Origin: Fibrobacter succinogenes subsp. succinogenes S85
GTDB lineage: Bacteria > Fibrobacterota > Fibrobacteria > Fibrobacterales > Fibrobacteraceae
DNA length: 32,000 nt
Reading direction: 5' to 3'
NCBI RefSeq assembly: GCF_000146505.1
Contig: NC_017448.1
Span: 2,370,001 to 2,402,000, forward strand
A program made the translations under genes and the position numbers. The notes beneath the pieces are model-generated. The model worked only from the letters and a program-made list of their open reading frames with translations, had not been told where the DNA came from and did no database searches. Shown in pieces: positions 23,425 through 31,281 of the stretch (its first letter is position 1; each line of letters begins with the position of its first letter).

Positions 23425-23487
23425 CTAATACTTAGCCACTAATCACCAACCACTAACCACTGCTTACCGCCTACTGTCTACTTCCTA
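23425..23487 (-). repeat. Nine-unit TAG/TAA-loaded heptamer array directly after the gtrA-like stop
   Basis: The minus strand after the TAG stop reads TAGGAAG TAGACAG TAGGCGG TAAGCAG TGGTTAG TGGTTGG TGATTAG TGGCTAA GTATTAG. Confidence 0.9.
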
Positions 23488-23904
23488 CTATTTTTTAAAC
23501 ACCCACTTCTTATAGAGCGTAAAGCTAACAAGCACGTAGACGACGTTGGCGACAAAGCTTGCGAATGTTGTCGGCTTCATGAACCGTGAAACGAATTCCG
23601 TGAAGCTTGCGCACCAGGCTGCGTTTTCGAGCAAGTAGATGCTTCCTTTGAGGACCGCCAGGTTCACGAGATACGAGCAGAGGAATACGACGATGAATCT
23701 TATGACTTCGGCACGCTTCTTGTTTGTGCTCTTGAAATTCCAGATGCGGTTACAGATGTAACTGTTGAGCCCGCCGGCAACAAATCCCAAAAAGTTTGAA
23801 AGAACCACGTCCCAATCTAAGACTTCGTGCAAAAGCCAGACTGTAAAGAATGTAATGGCGGTGTTCATTACACCGATAGCGTTGTATTTGATAAAATGTT
23901 TCAC
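23488..23904 (-). CDS. GtrA-family membrane protein
   Basis: The ORF-track ORF (23488..24486) is over-extended antisense to the CoA-transferase gene. GtrA-like sequence begins at (V)KHFIKYNAIGVMNTAITFFTVWLL, so I propose the GTG start at 23904 (138 aa, 4 TM helices). The start codon is uncertain. Confidence 0.65.
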   Translation of the reverse strand: MKHFIKYNAIGVMNTAITFFTVWLLHEVLDWDVVLSNFLGFVAGGLNSYICNRIWNFKSTNKKRAEVIRFIVVFLCSYLVNLAVLKGSIYLLENAAWCASFTEFVSRFMKPTTFASFVANVVYVLVSFTLYKKWVFKK

Positions 23905-23934
23905 GGCGGTAAAAATACTATTTTTTGCTACGAT

Positions 23935-25422
23935 ATGACCTGGATTACAACTAAGAAATGCAGTGCTGCCAGCGCTGCAGATATGATTCGTAATGGCGAT
24001 GTTCTCGGGGTTTCTGGATTTACTTTGGCTGGATACCCCAAAGCGGTTCCTCTGGCGCTTGCTGCGCGCGCTGAAAAATTGCACGAAGCAGGTCAGGAAT
24101 TTAAAGTAACTTTGTTTGCAGGCGCCTCGACGGGCGACAGTTGCGATGGTGCTCTCGCCCGCGCAAAGGCATTGTCGCTCCGCATGCCTTATCAGTCCAA
24201 TCCGAGCTTGCGCAAGGCGATTAACGACGGTAGCATCCGTTACATTGACGCTCACTTGGGCAAGATGGGTTACCTTGTTCGCACGGGTGCTGTCCCTGCG
24301 CCGACGGTTGCGATTATTGAAGTTTCTGCGATTTTGCCGGATGGCCGCGTTTGCCTCTCGACTTCGGGCGGTAACTCCGTTTGCTATCTGGAAATGGCTC
24401 CGAAGATTATTTTGGAATTGAACACGCGCTTGGGTGATAGCTGCATTGGCATGCACGATAACGCTCTTCCGGAGCTCCCGCCGCATGCAAAGCCGCTTGC
24501 AATTTATAGCGCTGGTGACCGCGTGGGTGGTGAATTTGTTCAGATTGACCCGAACAAGGTCATTGCGATTGTTGAAAACGAAGCGTATGATGAAGTGACT
24601 CCGTTTGTGGAACCTGATGAGGTTTCAAAGAACATCGGCGAACGCATCTTGGACTTTATCCGATTTGAAGAATCGCATGGCAGGCTCCCTAAGGGACTTG
24701 CTTACCAGAGCGGTGTTGGCAAGGTGGCGAATGCAGTGCTTTGCGCGATGGCTGACGATGACCGCCTGGGACAAATTGACCTTTACACCGAAGTGATTCA
24801 GGAAGCGGTGCTCCCGCTTTTGAAGAAGGGCAAGCTCGGCATTGCTTCTGGTACTGCTTTGACGCTTTCGCAGACGGCACAGAAAGAATTTGTTGAAAAC
24901 AGCGCTGAATGGAAAAAGCATTTCATTATCCGCCAGCAAGAAGTGAGCAATAGCCCGGATGTAATCCGTCGCTTGGGTGTGATTTCTATGAACACGGCTC
25001 TGGAAGCGGATATCTTTGGCAATGTGAACAGCTCGCTTGTGTGCGGTTCTGCGATGATGAACGGCATTGGCGGCTCGGCTGATTTTGCACGAAATTGCGC
25101 ACTCGGATTTTTCCTCACGCCGTCTGTGGCAAAGGGCGGTGCGATTTCGAGCATTGTGCCTTACGTGAGCCATGTGGACCATACCGATCACGACACGCAG
25201 ATTTTTGTGACGGAACAGGGGCTTGCTGACCTTCGTGGCTTGCCTGTAGAAGAACGCGCCCGCCTGATTATCAAGAACTGCGCCCACCCAGATTACCGCG
25301 ATGCTCTCACGGATGTTCTGGAGTACGGCCTCAAGCATGCGAAGGGCGTCCATGTGCCGCTTGCACTTTCCCGCGCTTTCGAAATGCACACCCGCTTCCT
25401 TGAAACTGGTAAGATGCTGTAA
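23935..25422 (+). CDS. Acetyl-CoA hydrolase/transferase family protein (succinyl-CoA:acetate CoA-transferase-like)
   Basis: Start trimmed to the ATG at 23935 (MTWITTKKCSAASAADMIRNGDVLGVSGFTLAGYPKAVPLALA is the canonical N-terminus). MMNGIGGSADF (GxGGxxDF) lies near the C-terminal domain. 495 aa. Confidence 0.88.
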   Translation: MTWITTKKCSAASAADMIRNGDVLGVSGFTLAGYPKAVPLALAARAEKLHEAGQEFKVTLFAGASTGDSCDGALARAKALSLRMPYQSNPSLRKAINDGSIRYIDAHLGKMGYLVRTGAVPAPTVAIIEVSAILPDGRVCLSTSGGNSVCYLEMAPKIILELNTRLGDSCIGMHDNALPELPPHAKPLAIYSAGDRVGGEFVQIDPNKVIAIVENEAYDEVTPFVEPDEVSKNIGERILDFIRFEESHGRLPKGLAYQSGVGKVANAVLCAMADDDRLGQIDLYTEVIQEAVLPLLKKGKLGIASGTALTLSQTAQKEFVENSAEWKKHFIIRQQEVSNSPDVIRRLGVISMNTALEADIFGNVNSSLVCGSAMMNGIGGSADFARNCALGFFLTPSVAKGGAISSIVPYVSHVDHTDHDTQIFVTEQGLADLRGLPVEERARLIIKNCAHPDYRDALTDVLEYGLKHAKGVHVPLALSRAFEMHTRFLETGKML

Positions 25423-25466
25423 ATCCTTTGATGATTCCTGTTTGAACAGTCGGTACAGATGGCTTA

Positions 25467-25495
25467 ATAAAGCTCCCTTTTGGGAGCTTTATTTT
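25467..25495 (+). terminator. Intrinsic terminator after the CoA-transferase gene
   Basis: 9-bp stem aaagctccc-tttt-gggagcttt followed by ATTTTAT. Confidence 0.85.
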
Positions 25496-25503
25496 ATATT
25501 CGC

Positions 25504-25532
25504 TGTTGCGCAATTTGTGCAAAAATTATAAT
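25504..25532 (+). promoter_or_regulatory. Candidate promoter for the tandem lipoprotein genes
   Basis: A perfect TATAAT at 25527-25532. The -35 region is weak and ambiguous: TGTTGC/TTGCGC at 25504-25511, giving spacers of 15-17 nt. It lies ~55 nt before the ATG at 25587. Confidence 0.35.
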
Positions 25533-25586
25533 TTAGTTACGGGGTGTTTTGGTTAGGCCAAAACTTGAAGGTAAGGGGTACGCTTT

Positions 25587-27584
25587 ATGGGGACCTTTTT
25601 TAAGCAGATTTCGCTTTCTACTTTAGTAGCAGCGTTTTTAGTCGCATGCGGAGATGATCCCGTCAGTGAATTGAAGGAACTTGCTCAAGACGAATTGGAA
25701 TCGTCTAGTTCTGTAAAAGGTGCTGCAAAATCCTCATCTAGTACAGCTGACAAAAAAACATCCTCGTCGAGTAGCGTTGATGGGAAGGTCTCGTCATCTA
25801 GTTTAAAAGAAGTTGATCCTGAAGAAGGGCTGGACGTTGTTTATGCGCTCGTAGATGGTACAATCTCGGGTGTTGTTGGCTTGGATAGCTATACCAGTGC
25901 CAAAAAGGTCAAAATGGTGGAGCTGGATTCTGCTGATGACTACGATGAAACGAAAAATGTTTTCTCGGCAGAGATTGGCAAGGATGGCGCCTATGAATTC
26001 AAGAAAGTCAACTTGGTTCAGCCATTTGTTCAAGTCTCCGCTGAAGTAACCCTTACAAGTCCTAGCGATGGAAAGTCTATTCCGATTACGTTCTCTGCTC
26101 TAGGGGATGTTTCCTCGAATGAAAAGTTCAACTTGGGTCTCTTGACGACTCTTGAAACGGAACGTGCTCTTGTGCTTTTGGCTGGGAAGAATAAGCTTTC
26201 TTTTGAAGCTGCAAAGAGCAAGGCTGCTGAAGATGTATGGAATATGTTCCATCTGGAATCTCTTGACTTTGACCAGACCGAGACGATTGATGTTTCTAAG
26301 GCTAGTGAGTCTGGGACTGCTCTCGTGGCGGCTACAGTCTTGTTGCAGCTTGCTGCTGGTTCTGATTTGCTAGAAAATTACGATTTTGTAGGAACGTTTA
26401 AGTCTATAGTTGCCGATGTCGCAAAGGATGGTAAGTGGGATGACGAAAAGACTCGTTTGAAAGCTGCCGATTATGCACTTGGATTGAAAATATCTGGTGG
26501 TTATGAAAATACTTTCGCATATGTCAAAGAACGTTTCCCTAAGAATAAAAACTTTGATAAGTACCTCACGAACTTCGCTTTGACGGAATTGGAGTTCCCG
26601 GAATGCGATGGAGGTTCTGCAGGGGAAATATTCTTTGTCAAGAACAAGGCTAGTAGTCTTTTTTATGCAGAGTCGTATGACGATCAGAAACATTCACTTT
26701 ACCGCTTTGTCTGTGATGAAAAGAAAGGCTGGGAACTCATCCCGGATAGTTTGAAGGACTTCATAGGCGATAAAACGCCCGCTAAAGATGGCGAAGTCCG
26801 TCGTGGTGCGTACTCGGGCAAGTTCTTTACTTATGATGGCACAAAGAAGGAATGGCGCGAAGCGACTGCCGTTGAAAAAGACCGTTATTTTGTCTTGGAA
26901 TCTAATGCAAAGGAATTTGTGGATATCCAGGATGTCTACGAAAGTATCAAGGACGATGAACGCGTCATCTTTGTGCTGCGCCATGCTGAACGCGGTGACG
27001 ATACGAGCAAGAGCGGGACGCTTACGGATAACGGTAAAAAGCAGTCCGAAGAAGTTGGTGCTCGACTCACGAAGTTCAAGGAAGACTTTGTCCTTGGTGC
27101 TTCTGAATTCTTGCGTGCGCACCAGACGGTGGAATCCATTGCGAAGGGTCGTGGACAATCTTATGATAAGCGTGATACGATTCCGCAGCTGAACGATGAC
27201 TGGTACGCCAAGAATAGCGAAGCTGTCGAAAAGGCCAAGAACGAATGCGGTGGCGGCTGGGAAGTGACTTCCAAGTACGCTTACACGGGAGCTTACTCGA
27301 CGGGCGCCGATGCCGCATACTACGATCTTGCGGAACGCTCCGTTGAACTTATCGAAGATGTTCTTGTCAAGAAGTACCCGACAGAAAAGTTTGTGCTCCT
27401 GAGTTCGCATGACAAGCTGATGGTTCCGCTTGTCGCTTACTGCTCAAACTTGCAGATTGAACTCAAGAAATATGATGGCGGCAAGTGGATCAACTACCTC
27501 GCTGGCGTTGCGATTATCATCGATAAGGATGGAAATCGCCGTTATGTCGCCATTCGCGGTCTCAAGTCTGGGTATGCGAACTAG
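25587..27584 (+). CDS. Lipoprotein with Ser-rich linker, unassigned beta-rich middle region and C-terminal histidine-phosphatase-superfamily domain (paralog 1)
   Basis: Lipobox: STLVAAFLVAC. A Ser-rich linker follows. C-terminal motifs are VIFVLRHAERGDDT (RHxxR catalytic His) and LLSSHDKLMVPL (second His). The C-terminal 220 aa clearly align with the next gene. Confidence 0.75.
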   Translation: MGTFFKQISLSTLVAAFLVACGDDPVSELKELAQDELESSSSVKGAAKSSSSTADKKTSSSSSVDGKVSSSSLKEVDPEEGLDVVYALVDGTISGVVGLDSYTSAKKVKMVELDSADDYDETKNVFSAEIGKDGAYEFKKVNLVQPFVQVSAEVTLTSPSDGKSIPITFSALGDVSSNEKFNLGLLTTLETERALVLLAGKNKLSFEAAKSKAAEDVWNMFHLESLDFDQTETIDVSKASESGTALVAATVLLQLAAGSDLLENYDFVGTFKSIVADVAKDGKWDDEKTRLKAADYALGLKISGGYENTFAYVKERFPKNKNFDKYLTNFALTELEFPECDGGSAGEIFFVKNKASSLFYAESYDDQKHSLYRFVCDEKKGWELIPDSLKDFIGDKTPAKDGEVRRGAYSGKFFTYDGTKKEWREATAVEKDRYFVLESNAKEFVDIQDVYESIKDDERVIFVLRHAERGDDTSKSGTLTDNGKKQSEEVGARLTKFKEDFVLGASEFLRAHQTVESIAKGRGQSYDKRDTIPQLNDDWYAKNSEAVEKAKNECGGGWEVTSKYAYTGAYSTGADAAYYDLAERSVELIEDVLVKKYPTEKFVLLSSHDKLMVPLVAYCSNLQIELKKYDGGKWINYLAGVAIIIDKDGNRRYVAIRGLKSGYAN

Positions 27585-27604
27585 ATTTTACTAATATTCA
27601 ACCT

Positions 27605-29845
27605 ATGCGGGTTTGGATATTAGCTTTATCGGTTTTGTTATGGACGTCTTGCGATTCCGTCCGTTACGGTTCTGTGCCGTGCGAGGGCGATGATTGCGAG
27701 ATGACTGCGGAAATTGAAAGTTCCGATTCAAAGGATAAACCTTCGAACGGTAATTCTTCAAGTGAAAATCCCTCAAAAGATGAAAAGGGCAATCAGGACC
27801 AGAAGGACTCCCTGGATAACAAGGGTAAGCCCGATGTCCGTGATACCATTGAAGTTGTCGATACGACGACTGTTACGGATACAAAGTCCTTGCCTGCTTG
27901 CAACTCGTCGAACGAGGGCGAAGCCCTTATGGTGGCGGGCGAACAGAAGCTTTACTATTGTATTTCGGGGAGCTGGGAAACCGATGTCGAGGAACTCTTT
28001 ACGGTTGAGTGTAAAGATGGCGTCTTGAAGCTTGGTGACTCAAAGGTGGTCGGCGCAGAATCACTGGATTCTACTGGTGTTTCGGATTATCGCAGGGCTG
28101 ATGTTAATATCAAGGGTATTGCCGAAAAGGGACCGTTCCGTTACGGGACTTCCGTGAAGATTGTGGAACTCGATAGCGTGATGCGCCTTGCCGATTCCAA
28201 GCGAATGCACGAGACCTGCATTACCTCTGCGGATGGCAGTTTTGATTTTGGAAGTGTTGACCTCGTTTCGCCTTATGCTAGGGTAGAAGCGAACGGCTTT
28301 TTCAGGAATGAATTTGGCGGGCAGTCGTCGCTTGTAAAGCTCAATGCGGTAGTGGACTTGTCCAAGCGCGATTCTTTTAACGTGAATATCCTGACGCACA
28401 TGGCGGCTCCGCGCGTGATGAAGCTCGTGGAAGATTCTGGCAACAACCAGCCGATCGGTAGCCAGAGCGGGCGTGCGCTGAGTGATGTGCTTTCTTCGTT
28501 CGGCATTAGCCTTGGCGGTTCTAGTACGGGTGGCTTTAATGGATTTGGTTGGAATCGTGGTACTCAGACGACATCATCGGACAAGGCGGCAGAAGACATT
28601 AGCTTGTTCGGTTCTGATGACTACAGTGCGGCGCTCCTTGCGGTTTCTGTGATGATGCAGAGCTATGCGCCGGATGGCAACTTCCTTTCGCAGGCGGACT
28701 ATATTGCAGAAGATATCCGTGGCGATGGCAACTGGGGCGACAATGCTTCGAAGGCAAAACTTGCAGATAAGCTGTTGATTCTCGATGCTGAAGGCGGCCT
28801 TGCAAAAATCCGCAAGAACATGGAAGGCTGGAAGCTTGGCGATGTGCCGAACTTCGAAAAGCATGTGCGCAATTTCTGGACGAGTACGCATGGCTTTGAA
28901 TCTTGCAATGCGATGACCAATGGAATGGTGAAGCATGTAGGCAACAGCCAGAGCGAGTATTTTGTCTCTTACTATGAACAGCCGGAAGGCCCGCGTATCC
29001 GCTTCATTTGCGATGGTTCCATCAAGGCTTGGCGCGTGGCGACAGACCTCGAAAAGGATACGGTTGGCTTTGGCGCTGGCGATTACGATGGCCAGATCAA
29101 GAATGGTAAAATCAATGCCGATAAGTTCTACGTTTACGAACAGAGCAAGAAGTCTTGGCGCGCGGCAACCTCGGATGATATTCAGGAATTTGTCGATGTC
29201 GAAGATGTCTTGAAGAAACTTGCTCCTGGCGAAAAGGTCATCTTTATCTTGCGCCATGCGGAACGTACGGACGATACGGGCAAGAAGGGCCACCTGACGG
29301 ACAATGGTAAAAAGCAGTCTCAGTCGGTGGGCGCTAAGCTTAAAGGCGAAAGTATTTACTTCGTGAATTCGACTTACACGCGTAGCTACGAAACCTGCGA
29401 GAACGTGGCGGCGGGTGCGGGCGTCACGAGCATGAACAACGACACGTTGCCGGAACTTGATGGCGACTGGTTCGTGAAGGACGAAAATAAGTTTGAAACG
29501 TACAAGAACAACAATGGCGGTGGCTGGGTCGTCGCTTCGGAATATGCGTACAAAGGAAGTTATAGCGATGCGTACTATCCGCTGAAGTCCCGTGGCGAAG
29601 AATTTATGACCGAGATTGTGAAGCCCCGCTTTGCGAAGGTTAACCGTGTGGGTGTGTGGATTTCTCACGACATGATGGTTGTGCCGCTGACGGCGTTCTG
29701 CACGAACGGCAAGGCGAATCTCCGCTATTTCGACACGAAGCAGTGGATCAATTACCTCGCTGGCGTGGCTATCATTCTGGGGACCGACGGTACCCTCCGT
29801 TATGAGCCTGTGAAAGGTCTTTCTTCCGGTACGATGACGATGTGA
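27605..29845 (+). CDS. Lipoprotein with C-terminal histidine-phosphatase-superfamily domain (paralog 2)
   Basis: Signal MRVWILALSVLLWTSC. VIFILRHAERTDDTGKKGHLTDNGKKQS and VWISHDMMVVPL parallel paralog 1. The tails WINYLAGVAII are shared. The middle regions also align (GSFDFGSVDLVSPYARVEA versus GAYEFKKVNLVQPFVQVSA). Confidence 0.75.
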   Translation: MRVWILALSVLLWTSCDSVRYGSVPCEGDDCEMTAEIESSDSKDKPSNGNSSSENPSKDEKGNQDQKDSLDNKGKPDVRDTIEVVDTTTVTDTKSLPACNSSNEGEALMVAGEQKLYYCISGSWETDVEELFTVECKDGVLKLGDSKVVGAESLDSTGVSDYRRADVNIKGIAEKGPFRYGTSVKIVELDSVMRLADSKRMHETCITSADGSFDFGSVDLVSPYARVEANGFFRNEFGGQSSLVKLNAVVDLSKRDSFNVNILTHMAAPRVMKLVEDSGNNQPIGSQSGRALSDVLSSFGISLGGSSTGGFNGFGWNRGTQTTSSDKAAEDISLFGSDDYSAALLAVSVMMQSYAPDGNFLSQADYIAEDIRGDGNWGDNASKAKLADKLLILDAEGGLAKIRKNMEGWKLGDVPNFEKHVRNFWTSTHGFESCNAMTNGMVKHVGNSQSEYFVSYYEQPEGPRIRFICDGSIKAWRVATDLEKDTVGFGAGDYDGQIKNGKINADKFYVYEQSKKSWRAATSDDIQEFVDVEDVLKKLAPGEKVIFILRHAERTDDTGKKGHLTDNGKKQSQSVGAKLKGESIYFVNSTYTRSYETCENVAAGAGVTSMNNDTLPELDGDWFVKDENKFETYKNNNGGGWVVASEYAYKGSYSDAYYPLKSRGEEFMTEIVKPRFAKVNRVGVWISHDMMVVPLTAFCTNGKANLRYFDTKQWINYLAGVAIILGTDGTLRYEPVKGLSSGTMTM

Positions 29846-29936
29846 TTAGACGAAAGAACGGACCTTAGGTCCTACAGACGAAAGACTAGAGAAAGATGAG
29901 GAAAATCACTCGTCTCTCGTCACTCGTCTCTCGTCT
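29846..29936 (+). repeat. 13-unit single-register heptamer array: GACGARAGAC-class subtype I copy plus 4 x CTCGTCT
   Basis: Starting at the nucleotide after the TGA stop: TTAGACG AAAGAAC GGACCTT AGGTCCT ACAGACG AAAGACT AGAGAAA GATGAGG AAAATCA CTCGTCT CTCGTCA CTCGTCT CTCGTCT. Confidence 0.9.
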
Positions 29937-30016
29937 ATCCACCACTAAATTGCTATATTCACGCGCGTTGATTTTTATCAAACAGTTCACTTAATTAAAC
30001 ATGGACGCATTCCGAT

Positions 30017-30856
30017 ATGAATGATACACTAAAGAAAGCTATGCTTTTTGCCGCGGTGACAATGGTTTCCGGTGCCTTCGCGTCTGAGATCGTAGCTCAA
30101 CCTGCTGCTTCCAAGGCTGCAAAGGTTGGCCGTTTTGACGAGCAGATCGCTCTGATGCCGGACTCCATTGCTGTCCCGCTCAAGGAACAGCTCAAGTGGA
30201 TGGATGAATCTACTGTTTTCCAGATTGTGGAAACTCACGGTGGTGGCTATTCCATTCTTTATAAGACATACGAACAGTCCGTTCGCGCCCGCGATATTCG
30301 CGATTCCGTTGAAAATGCCAACGGTACGGCTGTGCTTCCGATTGCTAAGGCTAAGCTCGGCAGCGAATACTGCCAGGGCAAGATGGAAGGTGGCAAGTGC
30401 CATGGTGAAGTCCAAAAGTTCACCCTTGGCAAGCTCGTCGAATTCCAGGCTACAGGCCTCATCGTCGTGATGTCTGTGATCATTGGCCTCCTCGTCCTCT
30501 GCACTATCATGAGCGCGATCATGAAGAAGCTCGGTTTGGACAAGGTCAAGGCTCCGGCTCCTGCTAAGAAGGCTGCTCCGGCCGCTGCTGCTGCCGCTCC
30601 GGCTCCTGCGGTTCGTGCTCCGGCACACTGCGACTGGGATCCGAATGCAAAGAGCATCCATCCGGGATTCACCAACAAGCAGCTCCAGGCGTTCCTCGGC
30701 ATTGCCGCCGTCGCCGCTCTTGAAGAACATCCGGGACTTACAAACGAACAGTTCCTCGTGATTGCTACTGCTGCTGCAACGCAGGCTCTTGGTCAGCCCT
30801 GCCGCGTGACCGCTTACAGAAACATTAACTCCCCTGCTTGGACGATCGTCAAGTAA
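30017..30856 (+). CDS. OadG-like membrane anchor subunit of a Na+-translocating decarboxylase, with an extra N-terminal exported domain
   Basis: Signal peptide (AAVTMVSGAFA) followed by a ~130-aa domain. A TM helix GLIVVMSVIIGLLVLCTIMSAIMKKL (OadG-type) comes next, then an Ala/Pro linker. The C-terminus has a duplicated HPG(F/L)TN(K/E)Q...AA motif. The assignment rests on the TM and linker architecture and on gene context. Confidence 0.55.
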   Translation: MNDTLKKAMLFAAVTMVSGAFASEIVAQPAASKAAKVGRFDEQIALMPDSIAVPLKEQLKWMDESTVFQIVETHGGGYSILYKTYEQSVRARDIRDSVENANGTAVLPIAKAKLGSEYCQGKMEGGKCHGEVQKFTLGKLVEFQATGLIVVMSVIIGLLVLCTIMSAIMKKLGLDKVKAPAPAKKAAPAAAAAAPAPAVRAPAHCDWDPNAKSIHPGFTNKQLQAFLGIAAVAALEEHPGLTNEQFLVIATAAATQALGQPCRVTAYRNINSPAWTIVK

Positions 30857-30904
30857 GGTTCAACTTTTAAAACTTAACAGGCTTTTAAGCCAGGAAAAAT
30901 AAAA

Positions 30905-31267
30905 ATGAAGAAAACAGTCCGTATCAGTTTCGAAGGCAAGACCTACGACGTCGAAGTAGAAGTTCTTGATTCCGCAGTTGCTGCAGCTCCTGCTGCTCCG
31001 GTTGCCGCTCCGGCCCCGGCTCCTGCTGCTGCTCCGGCTCCGGCCGTCGCTGGTGGCACCGAAGTCAAGAGCCCGCTCGCTGGCTCTGTGTTCAAGCTCA
31101 AGGTCAACGTTGGTGACACTGTTGCTGCCAACCAGGAAGTGGCTGTTATCGAAGCCCTCAAGATGGAAAACCCGGTCGTCGCTCCGTGCGCAGGCAAGGT
31201 TACCTCTATCTCCGTCAAGGAAACCGACACTGTTACTGATGGCCAGGTCTTGATGACCATTGCCTAA
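30905..31267 (+). CDS. Biotin carboxyl carrier subunit (biotinyl domain) of a decarboxylase
   Basis: 120 aa. An Ala/Pro linker leads into a biotinyl/lipoyl fold. VAVIEALKMENPVVAP carries the (A/S)-x-K-M biotinylation motif variant. Confidence 0.8.
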   Translation: MKKTVRISFEGKTYDVEVEVLDSAVAAAPAAPVAAPAPAPAAAPAPAVAGGTEVKSPLAGSVFKLKVNVGDTVAANQEVAVIEALKMENPVVAPCAGKVTSISVKETDTVTDGQVLMTIA

Positions 31268-31281
31268 TGAGGTAAAAGTCA

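Noticed and set aside
23905-24486. N-terminal 194 codons of ORF 23488..24486(-)
   Set aside because: This part is antisense to the CoA-transferase gene and is Arg/Asn-rich low-complexity sequence. Only the C-terminal ~138 aa look like GtrA.
26694-29668. 238-aa and 364-aa minus-strand ORFs (26694..27410 and 28574..29668)
   Set aside because: They are antisense to the two lipoprotein/phosphatase genes and are Arg/Phe/Ile-rich with no motifs. The sense-strand proteins are mutually homologous, which supports the plus-strand reading.
30553-31050. Apparent DNA similarity between 30553-30620 and 30975-31045 (GCT/CCG/GCC-rich)
   Set aside because: Both encode Ala/Pro flexible linkers in the OadG-like and biotin-carrier proteins. 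The similarity is compositional low complexity, not a dispersed repeat.
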